From positions 1 to 62,952 of the forward strand of contig JAILAV010000037.1 of the NCBI GenBank assembly GCA_024681435.1: a DNA stretch of 62,952 nucleotides. The letters are read 5' to 3'. Every line of letters starts with the position of its first letter. Within the stretch, counting starts at the first letter, position 1. The position numbers and the translations under genes are program-made. This DNA comes from Pseudobutyrivibrio sp. GTDB taxonomy: Bacteria > Bacillota > Clostridia > Lachnospirales > Lachnospiraceae. Under the pieces are notes generated by a model. The model made no database searches and was not told where the DNA came from. It saw nothing but the letters and a program-made list of their open reading frames with translations. This document shows, piece after piece, positions 1 to 9,869 of the stretch.

Positions 1-536
1 CTATCAATTGTAATTCCTGCTTTACCAAGTGTCTGGGCAGTCTTAGCAGAGGTTGTAACCATTGCTGCAACCTGAGTTAAAACACCAGTACTCTCAGACT
101 TCTGACCACTATCAACAAGATCATTATATGCCTTGGCAAAATCTGAAACAGCTTTATAGATGGCATCTTTATCATAATCCTTTGTGACTTTACCATCTTC
201 TCCAGTAGTCTCTACCTGATTCCAAATTGAATCCTTTCCCTTTGCCAAAAGCTTATCTGTAGCCTTACTTAAATCAGCAGAATCATTTCTAATTTCACTA
301 ATCTTTGAAGTATCAGCTTTTACACGCTTTGATGTATCAGATTTAAGATTACCATCAGAATCATATTTCTCATAATATGACTTTACAAGCTTTCCATATG
401 AACCTGATTTAATCTGTGCGAGACTTGTTAAAGAACTCTCCAATCCGCCAAAAGCAGAATTTACACTGTTATTTGAAGAGCCTCCAAACAAAGAGTATAT
501 TGAATTATTTCCGAATGAATTAATAGTTAAAGACAT
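1..536 (-). CDS. Partial CDS (runs off window start), possibly FliD C-terminal-domain-like / flagellar-associated protein
   Basis: Not in the ORF track. ATG at 536 with RBS AAGGAG; open frame MSLTINSFGNNSIYSLFGG...SGSYGKLVKSYY...IYKAVSDFAKAYNDLVDS...LGKAGITID. The 'V..F...YN.L' and 'L...GITI' segments recall FliD C-terminal regions. Confidence 0.55.
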   Translation of the reverse strand, partial: MSLTINSFGNNSIYSLFGGSSNNSVNSAFGGLESSLTSLAQIKSGSYGKLVKSYYEKYDSDGNLKSDTSKRVKADTSKISEIRNDSADLSKATDKLLAKGKDSIWNQVETTGEDGKVTKDYDKDAIYKAVSDFAKAYNDLVDSGQKSESTGVLTQVAAMVTTSAKTAQTLGKAGITID

Positions 537-645
537 AAACATCACTCCTTTGAATATAACTCCACGAACATCCCTGTTCTTTGCCTTTACATACTTATAG
601 ATATAATTATATTACAACATATATGTGTCTAAAGTGTTATATATT

Positions 646-1404
646 TTATAATCTAACAGAAATTCCTTCTGCCGCTAAATATTCCTTTAAATCCCTAATT
701 TCCAGCTCTTTATAGTGGAATAAAGAAGCTGCAAGAGCTGCATCTGCACCGCCTATAGTAAGTGCATCCTTAAAATGTTCCATTGTGCCAGCTCCACCAG
801 AAGCAATTACTGGAATGTTGACAGCCTCAGAAACAGCTTTTGTAACATCAAGATCAAAGCCTGCTTTAGTACCATCACAATCCATAGAAGTAAGAAGAAT
901 TTCTCCTGCTCCAAGCTTTTCACATTGAATAGCCCACTCTACCGCATCGATTCCGCAATCCAGTCTTCCACCATGTTTAAAGATATTAAAACCACCATCA
1001 GCTCTTCTCTTTGCATCAATTGCAACTACAACACACTGACTACCGAATTTATCAGCAGCATCAGAGATAAGTCTAGGATTATCAATTGCCGCTGAGTTTA
1101 CAGATATTTTGTCGGCACCTTCTCTAAGAAGAGCCTTAAAATCATCAACAGTACGAATACCACCGCCTACAGTAAATGGAATAAATACCTGTTCAGCAAC
1201 TCGTCGAACCATGTCTACTACAGTATTTCTATGATCTGAGCTTGCTGTGATATCCAAAAACACCACTTCATCTGCGCCAGCCTTATCATAAGCAGCTGCA
1301 ATTTCCACAGGATCTCCTGCATCACGTAAATCAACAAAATTTACACCTTTAACAACTCGTCCATCCTTAACATCCAAGCAAGGAATAATTCTCTTTGTAA
1401 ACAT
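646..1404 (-). CDS. hisF: Imidazole glycerol phosphate synthase cyclase subunit
   Basis: [27 protein letters not shown] motifs; start moved to ATG 1404 behind GGAGG. Confidence 0.97.
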   Translation of the reverse strand: MFTKRIIPCLDVKDGRVVKGVNFVDLRDAGDPVEIAAAYDKAGADEVVFLDITASSDHRNTVVDMVRRVAEQVFIPFTVGGGIRTVDDFKALLREGADKISVNSAAIDNPRLISDAADKFGSQCVVVAIDAKRRADGGFNIFKHGGRLDCGIDAVEWAIQCEKLGAGEILLTSMDCDGTKAGFDLDVTKAVSEAVNIPVIASGGAGTMEHFKDALTIGGADAALAASLFHYKELEIRDLKEYLAAEGISVRL

Positions 1405-1414
1405 GCGGGCCTCC

Positions 1415-2020
1415 TTAAATTGATGCAAAATTCTTTAGTATCTGAAGTCCAACAGTGGAACTTTTTTCCGGATGGAATTGACAAGCGAAAATATTGTCCT
1501 TTTCAACTGAAGCATGGATGTGGCAACCATACTCAGTAGTAGCTTTAACAATGGATTTCTCCGCTGCCTCAAGGTAGTATGAATGAACGAAATATACAAA
1601 TGAACCTTCATCTATCCCTTCAAATAAACGTCCTTTATTTGGAAAATCCAATGAATTCCAACCTATGTGAGGAACCTTTAGACCTGGAGCATCCGGTATA
1701 CGTTTTACTATTCCATCTAATATATTTAGTCCTTGAACACCAGGAGATTCCTCAGAAGACTCAAATAAAAGCTGAAGGCCAAGGCATATTCCAATAAATG
1801 GCTTGCCGCTTTGAACGTAGTCTTTAATGGCCTTATCAAGCTCATAACCCTTCAAATGTTCCATGGCATCAGCAAAAGAGCCTACTCCTGGTAAAACCAG
1901 TCTGTCGGCTCTTTCAATTACACTAAAATCCCTGGTGAGGACAGTTTCCTCACCAAGGATTCTAAATGCTTTTTCTACACTTTTAATATTTCCTGCGTCG
2001 TAATCTAGTATTGCAATCAT
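1415..2020 (-). CDS. hisH: Imidazole glycerol phosphate synthase glutaminase subunit
   Basis: LPGVGSF, GICLGLQ, YFVHSY, QFHPEKS motifs; adjacent to hisF. Confidence 0.97.
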   Translation of the reverse strand: MIAILDYDAGNIKSVEKAFRILGEETVLTRDFSVIERADRLVLPGVGSFADAMEHLKGYELDKAIKDYVQSGKPFIGICLGLQLLFESSEESPGVQGLNILDGIVKRIPDAPGLKVPHIGWNSLDFPNKGRLFEGIDEGSFVYFVHSYYLEAAEKSIVKATTEYGCHIHASVEKDNIFACQFHPEKSSTVGLQILKNFASI

Positions 2021-3876
2021 AAATCTGGTAAACCTAAGCCTCTCAGCACCTTTCTAAGTTCTATTGTGTAGTAATGTCTGTTTGGCTGTTTATATATAGC
2101 CAAGGCCTCTTCTTCTGAAAGTCCAAACTCAGACTCTAACTCAGAAATAATTGTGTTGCCATAGGCTTCATATTGCTCGGAAATACCATATTCTTGTGCA
2201 TTATCCTTATACTTCTCATAACGGCCTATACCGATAATCAAAGAATCTAATGCGTAATTATACTGTTTGTAAGAAATGAATGCCTCATACTGCTCCTGAC
2301 ATAACTGCAAATCAGCAAGTGTTCTTGCCTGATTTCTAAGTAATGCTACGTCTTCGTCATTGAGATCAAAACCATTTAACTTCTCATAAGCAGCAATATA
2401 GTTTCCTGCCTCAAACAACTCGTTGGCCTGTGACATATGGCGTTTAATACCTGTAAATGTCATACCAACCATTACCACACCAATTATTGATATAGATAAT
2501 ACCAAAAAAGTTGCAATAATGGAAATAGGAATTTTTGGTGAGTTGTCCGGTTCTTTAGGTTTCTTTTCTTTTTTAGGCTTTGGAGGCTTCGCAGGCTTGT
2601 CCTTTTTCTCTTTAGCCTTTTCCTTCTTAGCAGCCTCTTTTTCTTTCTTAGCAGCTTCCTTAGCGGCCTTCTTTTCTTCCTTTAAGCGCTGCTTTTTAGC
2701 CTTTGGATCTTCTTCAGCTCCTTCTGGAATAATAGGATTACCATCTTCATCATATGTAATCTCTACTGTGGTACCAGGCTTTTTATTTTCTTCTTCTAAA
2801 TCATCCTCATCAGGTGGTCCGAAGAATAATAATGCTAATTTTGCAAGAATTGGATTAGGCTTCTTTTCGCCCTTTGCCTTCTTTTCTTTCTTTTTCTTCT
2901 TTTTCTTTCCTTTGGAATCTGTTTCATCTTCCTCAGCAGATTCCTCAGCTGATTCGTCTATTTCACCATTTATATCAGCACCTTCTTCATCACCATTTAA
3001 AAGAGATTGGATATCTAATAAATCCTCATCATCTCCGCCAAGAAGGTTCTCTAAATCTAAATCTCCTTCACCTGATAAATCAGGCTCCTCGCCTTCGCCA
3101 AACTGAGCATTATCAAGTGCATCCATATCGTCTGGCAAAAACTCTTTTAACGAGTCGTCAAGAGGCTCCTCATCTACATCCTCTAACACGTCATCTAAAG
3201 AAAATCCAAAATCATCCTCATCCTCTGATGACTCTTCTGGTGCATCATCAGAAGAAGCTATTTCCTCTTCATCAGATTCCTCTATAAAAGATGATAAATC
3301 AATTTCTTCATCACCAGGAAGATCAAGTGAAATATCATCAGACGACTCTTCTTCTAGAGCTTCAGAATCAGCTATCTCTACCTCTTCAACTTCAGGCTCT
3401 ACCTCTAAATCAATGTCCTCTTGAGGTTCTGATGTTTCAACAGCATCTTCCTCATCTAGGACCTTTGTTGCTCCCTTAACAACATTATTGATGTTATCAA
3501 GTAATGAATCTACAACATTTTCAGAAGCAGGCAATTCTCCTGTTTCCTGGAAAACTCTTTCCTCATCATCGATTTCTTGCTCAAAATTACTTATGAATAA
3601 ATCTACATCCTCAGATTCTAATTCTTCTTCAAATTGGCGCAAAAACTCCTCCTCAGAAAGAACCTTCCTGAGGTAAGGATGTGAGGTCTTTGTCTGAACA
3701 TCTTCTACATTAATTCCGGTCGCAGTAAAAAAGTCTTCATCAGGAGCAACAGCCTTGCGGGATTCAGTAGCTTGCTGCTGCTTTTTGATTGCTTTTTCCT
3801 CAACCTGAATGGCGTCAGTCTTAGCCTTATTTATTGAATTTAATAGTCCATCTAAGTAGTCCTCTGACTGAGACAT
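2017..3876 (-). CDS. Hypothetical membrane protein: long acidic N-terminal region, Lys-rich linker, one TM helix, helical C-terminal domain
   Basis: ATG 3876 behind GGAGG; D/E-rich repeats, KKKKKKEKK tract, hydrophobic IIATFLVLSISIIGVVMVGMTF. Confidence 0.8.
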   Translation of the reverse strand: MSQSEDYLDGLLNSINKAKTDAIQVEEKAIKKQQQATESRKAVAPDEDFFTATGINVEDVQTKTSHPYLRKVLSEEEFLRQFEEELESEDVDLFISNFEQEIDDEERVFQETGELPASENVVDSLLDNINNVVKGATKVLDEEDAVETSEPQEDIDLEVEPEVEEVEIADSEALEEESSDDISLDLPGDEEIDLSSFIEESDEEEIASSDDAPEESSEDEDDFGFSLDDVLEDVDEEPLDDSLKEFLPDDMDALDNAQFGEGEEPDLSGEGDLDLENLLGGDDEDLLDIQSLLNGDEEGADINGEIDESAEESAEEDETDSKGKKKKKKKEKKAKGEKKPNPILAKLALLFFGPPDEDDLEEENKKPGTTVEITYDEDGNPIIPEGAEEDPKAKKQRLKEEKKAAKEAAKKEKEAAKKEKAKEKKDKPAKPPKPKKEKKPKEPDNSPKIPISIIATFLVLSISIIGVVMVGMTFTGIKRHMSQANELFEAGNYIAAYEKLNGFDLNDEDVALLRNQARTLADLQLCQEQYEAFISYKQYNYALDSLIIGIGRYEKYKDNAQEYGISEQYEAYGNTIISELESEFGLSEEEALAIYKQPNRHYYTIELRKVLRGLGLPDL

Positions 3877-3899
3877 CCACGTGTCCTCCCTTAACCAAA

Positions 3900-3925
3900 T
3901 AAAGGGGTATGCTAAGCACACCCCT
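3900..3925 (-). terminator. Intrinsic terminator-like hairpin after cheV
   Basis: - strand AGGGGTGTGC-TTA-GCATACCCCT followed by TTT. Confidence 0.55.
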
Positions 3926-3939
3926 AATTTAAATCAATG

Positions 3940-4863
3940 TTAATTACCTTTGCGTGCGTCCTCGTATTTAGCAACAAGCTCATCTACAACAGCGATAAGC
4001 TTTCCGATTTCAGGCTTAGTAAGCTGCGCGTCAGCACCAAGGCTCTCACCTTTTCTTCTAATCTCGTCATTAATCAAAGATGAGAAGATAATAACTGGTA
4101 TGTTCTTAAGTGTGTCATTTTCTTTAACCAGTTTACATAATCTATGGCCATCCATAAGAGGCATCTCAATATCAGTGATGATAAGATGTACATCATTAAG
4201 AACTGTTCCTCTCTTATGGAACTCAACGAGCTTATCCCAGCCTTCTTGACCATTCATGTTAACGATAAGGTTAGTGTAACCAGCCTTCTTCAAGCACTCA
4301 ACAATAAGCTTTGAAAGAAGTGGTGAATCCTCGCAAAGAAGAATAGGTGACTTGCTTCTATCACGAGTCTCGTAATCATCCATTTCTGAAACCTTAAGAC
4401 CAGTCTCAGGATTAATATCTGTAACAATCTTCTCGAAATCGAGAATTACTACTAAACGATCTTCTAACTTAATAACACCTGTTGAAACACCAGATTCATC
4501 TGAACTAATTGTAGCATCTGGTTTAATAATATCTTCCCATGATACACGATGAATGCCAAGAACTTCATCAACATGAAAAGCTGTGTTTAAGCTATTAAAG
4601 TTTGTGATAATAAATAGACCATCGTTTGTTGGCTCTTCAGTGATATTTAAGCACTTGCGAAGAGAAATGACAGAAATCATAATATCTCTTGGCATAAAAA
4701 TACCTTCTATTGAAGGGTGAGCATTTGGCAATGGTGTCACCGGTTGGTATAACAAAATCTCCCTTATCTTGGCAACGTTAATTCCGTAGAAATTCTTGCC
4801 AACCTTAAATTCGAGTACTTCAAGCTCATTAGTGCCCGATTCCAATAAAATATTAGTATCCAT
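3940..4863 (-). CDS. cheV: Chemotaxis protein CheV (CheW + receiver)
   Basis: ILLESGTNELE, YGINVAKIREI, ILDFEKI; receiver EDS...TDIEMPLMDG. Confidence 0.95.
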   Translation of the reverse strand: MDTNILLESGTNELEVLEFKVGKNFYGINVAKIREILLYQPVTPLPNAHPSIEGIFMPRDIMISVISLRKCLNITEEPTNDGLFIITNFNSLNTAFHVDEVLGIHRVSWEDIIKPDATISSDESGVSTGVIKLEDRLVVILDFEKIVTDINPETGLKVSEMDDYETRDRSKSPILLCEDSPLLSKLIVECLKKAGYTNLIVNMNGQEGWDKLVEFHKRGTVLNDVHLIITDIEMPLMDGHRLCKLVKENDTLKNIPVIIFSSLINDEIRRKGESLGADAQLTKPEIGKLIAVVDELVAKYEDARKGN

Positions 4864-4895
4864 GCAAATCTCCTCTCATTTAAATCAATAATGAT

Positions 4896-5648
4896 TTATA
4901 TGGTTGTCCCTCTTGTTGTCCCTTCGCTAGTTACAAATAATTCAAGCGAAGTAATATTTTCTACTGACGAGTTGTTGAATAGAAATACTAAAATAAACTT
5001 TTTTGTATCACCAGCTGCCAGTATTCCATCATAATTAGCCAAATCGTTACCAAGTGGTGTGAATTGAGTGGACGATTTTTCTCCACCATTGATTGACAAA
5101 GTATAGTCACGATTTGAATATTTTGAAAAATCCACTGAAGAATCAGAGGTATTTTCAGCCGTAATATAAAGAACTAAATATTGCTTACCAGACACCTTTG
5201 AAAGAACATAGCTGTCTGTTTTATATTCATTTGAAACATCAAACTCTGAACAATTAAATTCTACGCCAGGCACATCAACTGCGCTAGTAAAAGAATATCC
5301 TGTATCTTGTGAGGAAGATTCTTCACTGTTAGTATCATCAATTGTCTCTTCTGGAATAATCGGTTCCCCAGTTTCTGGGTCATATTCTACTTCGGTATTC
5401 TCCTCTTCAGTTACATCACCTATTTCTTCTTCTGGATTATATTCAGTATCCAGTTCACCAGGCTTAACTCGGGCATTTGCAATGCCAAGGGTCTGATTTT
5501 TGTTAAATTTAGAAACAGCTTTAGAGGCGTACGCAGTAATTATAGCCTCTTCCTCATCAGTCATGGCATAGAGTTGTTCGCCACAACCTGTAAATAAGAG
5601 AGAAAAACATAAAACCGAAATGAATAAGAATACTCTTTTAATTTTCAT
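4896..5648 (-). CDS. Putative lipoprotein with acidic linker and beta-rich C-terminal domain
   Basis: Signal peptide with lipobox LFTGC; RBS AGGAG. Confidence 0.75.
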   Translation of the reverse strand: MKIKRVFLFISVLCFSLLFTGCGEQLYAMTDEEEAIITAYASKAVSKFNKNQTLGIANARVKPGELDTEYNPEEEIGDVTEEENTEVEYDPETGEPIIPEETIDDTNSEESSSQDTGYSFTSAVDVPGVEFNCSEFDVSNEYKTDSYVLSKVSGKQYLVLYITAENTSDSSVDFSKYSNRDYTLSINGGEKSSTQFTPLGNDLANYDGILAAGDTKKFILVFLFNNSSVENITSLELFVTSEGTTRGTTI

Positions 5649-5683
5649 GTTATCTCCTGTAAAATAAACTAATCATTAATGGT

Positions 5684-5712
5684 ATGTTAGCATTATTATG
5701 TGTATTGTTCAA
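5684..5712 (-). promoter_or_regulatory. Sigma-A promoter for lipoprotein-cheV unit
   Basis: TTGAAC-17bp-TAACAT with TG extension. Confidence 0.55.
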
Positions 5713-5731
5713 CAGAAAAAATCAGAAAATT

Positions 5732-7243
5732 CTATGAATTTTTGTTGATTTTTGTATCTTTTGCCAAGGATAGTTCACACCAAAATTCCACGCCATTTGA
5801 CAGATTTTCGACGCCAAATTTTTCATGTAAAAGTTCCATTGTTGCTTTAACAACTGAAAGTCCAATTCCGCTTCCACCATATTCTCTGCTTCTTGCTTTA
5901 TCTGCTTTGTAGAACTTTTCCCAGATATGTTTTATATCCTTCTTAGCTATGTTATTTCCTGAATTAAACACACTGATTCGAACTTTTCCTTTTTTTACAA
6001 AATCATATCGAACTGTAATGATGTTCTCATTCATAACATAATGAATAGCATTGCTAATAAAATTAGTAATAACCTGCTCCACCAAGAACTCATCAGCGTG
6101 AACAACACAGTCTTCTTTATTGATAAAGGAATAATTGATGTTCTGCGCATCAAAGTTAATTTGATTGCTATCTACAACACTATCAATCATCTCAGTAACA
6201 TTAAAATCAACTAGATCCAAATTCATCTGGCCTGCTTCAAGCTGATTCAAGATTAACATTTCTCTAACAAGACGATTCATCTTATTAGCTTCATCAATAA
6301 TAATATCTAGATAAATTTGCCTACTGTTTTCATCATCCATGATACCTTCCTGCAAGCCCTCGGCATAGCCTTGGATAAGAGCTATAGGAGTCTTCAACTC
6401 ATGTGATACATTTGAGACAAATTCTTTTCGCATGTTTTCAGTTTCTTCACGAACCTCCAAATCATGCTTTAAGCTATCATTTGCAGCCTTTAGCTGGGTG
6501 ATAGCTCTCTTTAGGGTCGTAGACATTTCATTAATGTGCTCCCCTAAATCATCTATTTCATTATAAATTCTTTGAGGTTTATATTTTACCTCAAAGTTGA
6601 AATTAGAAATCTTTTTAGTAATATCAATAAGATTAATAAGTGGCTTAGTAAACTTTGAAATGGCAAACTGTGCCATTAATATTGTAATTACCAAAGCAAC
6701 AATAACCATGTGAATAATGAACTTATTAAATATGGCTGTCGTGTGTTCCATGGCAGACACTGTAGATCTAACAAAAACAATATCTCCATTTGGAAGAGAG
6801 CCCATCAAAACAAGATATTCATCATCTGACCAAGGAAAGATCTGAGTGAATATCTCATATCTATCATTTTTACTAATTAATGAAACTGAGTCGTCATTTG
6901 AAAACAATGAATAATTGAGCTGATTCAATAAGAGTGTAGAATCTGCATTTGATGAAATAACGGCTTCACCATCAGCGCCTGTAATAATACAGGAAACAGA
7001 ATACTTGTCAAAAAAAATTTCAATCTCACTAGCATTTTCAGAGCCGTATAAGGCATCTTCATTACATTTTTCAGACAAGTAATCATAGATGATTTTCATG
7101 TCTTTACGTTTTTCAAAAATGTAATAATCGCCTAAAAAGCAGGATGATAGAGTACTCACAATTAATAATGAACCAAGAATTATGGCAACTATCAATCCTA
7201 CAATCTGGCGATTAATTTTTTTAGACTTTTGCGTCGACTTCAA
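5732..7243 (-). CDS. HAMP-domain sensor histidine kinase (HisKA/HATPase)
   Basis: Two TM segments, SHELKTP H-box, NFISNAIHY, FYKADKAR, GGSGIGL; start probably TTG at 7243 rather than 7291. Confidence 0.92.
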   Translation of the reverse strand: MKSTQKSKKINRQIVGLIVAIILGSLLIVSTLSSCFLGDYYIFEKRKDMKIIYDYLSEKCNEDALYGSENASEIEIFFDKYSVSCIITGADGEAVISSNADSTLLLNQLNYSLFSNDDSVSLISKNDRYEIFTQIFPWSDDEYLVLMGSLPNGDIVFVRSTVSAMEHTTAIFNKFIIHMVIVALVITILMAQFAISKFTKPLINLIDITKKISNFNFEVKYKPQRIYNEIDDLGEHINEMSTTLKRAITQLKAANDSLKHDLEVREETENMRKEFVSNVSHELKTPIALIQGYAEGLQEGIMDDENSRQIYLDIIIDEANKMNRLVREMLILNQLEAGQMNLDLVDFNVTEMIDSVVDSNQINFDAQNINYSFINKEDCVVHADEFLVEQVITNFISNAIHYVMNENIITVRYDFVKKGKVRISVFNSGNNIAKKDIKHIWEKFYKADKARSREYGGSGIGLSVVKATMELLHEKFGVENLSNGVEFWCELSLAKDTKINKNS

Positions 7244-7910
7244 ATTTATACCCCATGCCCCAAATAGTCTTGATGTAATTTCCCTTATCATCTAACTTAC
7301 TACGAAGCTTTTTTACGTGAGTATCAATCGTTCTTGCATCTCCAAAGTAATCATAATCCCAAACATGGTTTAGAATCTTTTCTCGAGAAAGAGCGATCCC
7401 TTCATTGTTAATGAAGTAATACAGAAGCTCAAATTCCTTAACAGATAGCTCTACTGGATTGCCATCATTTGTTGCGACATGAGCATCAACATCTAATTGA
7501 ATGCCACCAGCTTCAACAACCTTCTTGCCAATAGAATCATCTGTGCTTCTACGCAGAACCGCATTTACTCTAGCCATAAGAATCTTTGGTGAAAATGGTT
7601 TGTTAATGTATTCGTCAGCACCTAACTCAAAACCGTTTAAAACATCATTTTCCTCACCTTTTGCTGTTAGCATTAAAACAGGAATTGAAGATGTCTCTCT
7701 GATTTCCTTAAGAACGGCAAAGCCATCAACCTTTGGCATCATAACATCCAATATTATAAGTGAAATCTCACTATCCATATAGAACATGTCAAGCGCCTGC
7801 TCACCATTCTCTGCCTCGATTACTTCGTAATCCTCTCTTACCAAATAATCCTTAATTAGCTTTCTCATACGGCTTTCATCATCAGCCACAAGAATTTTGT
7901 TTTTCGCCAT
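7221..7910 (-). CDS. OmpR/PhoB-family response regulator
   Basis: DDE, LDVMMP, KPFS, winged helix RTIDTHVKKLR...IWGMGY. Confidence 0.95.
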   Translation of the reverse strand: MAKNKILVADDESRMRKLIKDYLVREDYEVIEAENGEQALDMFYMDSEISLIILDVMMPKVDGFAVLKEIRETSSIPVLMLTAKGEENDVLNGFELGADEYINKPFSPKILMARVNAVLRRSTDDSIGKKVVEAGGIQLDVDAHVATNDGNPVELSVKEFELLYYFINNEGIALSREKILNHVWDYDYFGDARTIDTHVKKLRSKLDDKGNYIKTIWGMGYKFEVDAKV

Positions 7911-7934
7911 AACACCAACCCCATCCTTGAAAAA

Positions 7935-8540
7935 TTATTGTTGTTTAAGTTCCTTCTCTTTCACTGCAGCTTCTCGCTGTGTGAGTTCTTGTTCCCAAGC
8001 AGAATACTTATCAAGTATCTTCTCCTCATAGTTGAGGATTGTTGGACTGTTTATTGTAGAATTCACATAAAACATTCCAATGACACATAACAAAAGTGTT
8101 ATGCAAAGAACTAGCAACACCCGATTGACTAACTTTAGACGTCTGATTAAATATTTATCTGACGTCTCCCCCAATTTCTTTTTATCAACGTCAACCTTGG
8201 CTACTTTAGGACTGGATTCTTCTTTTGGCATCTCAGACTCAGGCACTGAAAGCTTTTTAGTATCTTGCGGTTCATCTAATGAGTACACCGGAGGAATTTC
8301 TTTCTCAGAAAACACCCCTGAATCCACAAGATTTTGCCTAAGCTGTGATAAGAAGCCCATACCAATCTCAGTGGAAAAAAGCCTTTGCTTAATGAGCTTA
8401 TTGTATACTGAAAGAACACCTCTCTCATCGGACTCCTTGATTTGCCCTAGAATGTACTCTACAGCCTTAAGCTCTTTGGCGGCTTTTTTTGCTTTATTCT
8501 CATCATCAAAAATATATCCACCAATATTGTATTTAGCCAT
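7935..8540 (-). CDS. Hypothetical membrane protein with C-terminal TM and short coiled coil
   Basis: ORF with RBS AAGGA; TM VLLVLCITLLLCVIGMFYV. Confidence 0.75.
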   Translation of the reverse strand: MAKYNIGGYIFDDENKAKKAAKELKAVEYILGQIKESDERGVLSVYNKLIKQRLFSTEIGMGFLSQLRQNLVDSGVFSEKEIPPVYSLDEPQDTKKLSVPESEMPKEESSPKVAKVDVDKKKLGETSDKYLIRRLKLVNRVLLVLCITLLLCVIGMFYVNSTINSPTILNYEEKILDKYSAWEQELTQREAAVKEKELKQQ

Positions 8541-8643
8541 ACTAATCCTTTTTTCTTCTTTATATGATTATTTTAGCAATTTATAATACAAAAATCTATC
8601 TTTAATAACAATTATTTAGTTTATTTTTACTGAAATTAGTGCA

Positions 8644-9849
8644 TTAAGCATCTTTTTTGTTGTTAGAACCTGTACCACAAAGCTTATCAACAGACTTGAT
8701 AATCTCTTGTATTTCTGGCAAATAATGCTCATTATGAGCCATTAGTCTATCAATTTCATCACGCTCTTCCTGGACAATCTTTCTATGATCTTCCAATCTA
8801 TCGCGTATCTTTTTACGTCTAACAACTAATCTATGTCTACAATCAGCCATATCCTGTCTGTCTATCAAAGCATTCACCTGATTTAACCAAATCTTATCAT
8901 CAGTTAAACCGATGCTGCCTAAAATTCTTTCAAGCTTGCCATTGTAGAATTCCAAATCCTCATTATTTTGAATATATCTTTGTTGATCTCTTACCTTATC
9001 TTGATATTGTTCCCAGACATACTGCAATTCCGCGGAGTTACTAACATAATATTTATCCTTTGAGTATTCTACACTGTTAGTAACGTTAACATATTTCATT
9101 CTCTCCACATTTAGCATGCTGATTGCCTGATTAAGATGAACAATAGCAACTCTGTTTTCCCTTGAAATAGTGTTTTGTCTAAGGAAAACAACAAAACCAC
9201 TGACTGCACACACAAACAAAACTATAAACACCCAAATAGATATATCAACCTTCGCTGTGTTGTACATAGTCATGAGCAGAATGGAAAGTGTCATAAATGA
9301 AGCAAGTATAGCCACTGCCATCTTTCTAAATAACTTTATTTGGATTTGAAGCTCAGAGCGTTCAATCTCCCATCGGCTTTTTTCACCTTCAAGATATGCA
9401 AGATTTCGTTTTAGCTTAGCCTGGTAAATCTCATCAGATGAAAATCGATTAATTATTTCCGGCATATCGTCTTCTTCATCTGATATAACCTCGAATTGCT
9501 CATCTGAAATATTTCGCTGAATAGCTCTGGCATTAACTAAATTATCTTCAAGCTCACAAATTCTTGCCGCAGTGTTTCTAAGCTCTTTAGCCTTTTCCTT
9601 AGGCAAATTCTCAATTGCTTTTATATCGTTTAGATATCTTGTAACAATTCTATACTCCATTTTTTGGCGTTCCATTGCCTTAGTTGAAGCTATGATTTGC
9701 TCGCAAGAATCAAGGATATACTGCTCAAGCTTTTTAGGGTCATTCCAATTATCTATACCCTCGATTTGAGAATATACTCTATTAAAAGCATCATCGATTT
9801 TGGCTGCTCTAATTTCTTTTTTCTTTTTCCTATTTGAAAAAAATCCCAT
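8644..9849 (-). CDS. Hypothetical coiled-coil protein with a central two-TM hairpin
   Basis: Charged helical N- and C-terminal halves flanking two hydrophobic helices; RBS AGGGG. Confidence 0.78.
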   Translation of the reverse strand: MGFFSNRKKKKEIRAAKIDDAFNRVYSQIEGIDNWNDPKKLEQYILDSCEQIIASTKAMERQKMEYRIVTRYLNDIKAIENLPKEKAKELRNTAARICELEDNLVNARAIQRNISDEQFEVISDEEDDMPEIINRFSSDEIYQAKLKRNLAYLEGEKSRWEIERSELQIQIKLFRKMAVAILASFMTLSILLMTMYNTAKVDISIWVFIVLFVCAVSGFVVFLRQNTISRENRVAIVHLNQAISMLNVERMKYVNVTNSVEYSKDKYYVSNSAELQYVWEQYQDKVRDQQRYIQNNEDLEFYNGKLERILGSIGLTDDKIWLNQVNALIDRQDMADCRHRLVVRRKKIRDRLEDHRKIVQEERDEIDRLMAHNEHYLPEIQEIIKSVDKLCGTGSNNKKDA

Positions 9850-9869
9850 TTTACATCCCCTAAAACAGT

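Noticed and set aside
612-628. NrdR-like TTACAACATATATGTGT
   Set aside because: Half-site spacing does not fit CwA-N4-TwG; AT-rich background.
2423-3106. 227-aa + strand ORF rich in Phe/Ser
   Set aside because: Antisense shadow of the Lys/Glu/Asp-rich gene; no RBS.
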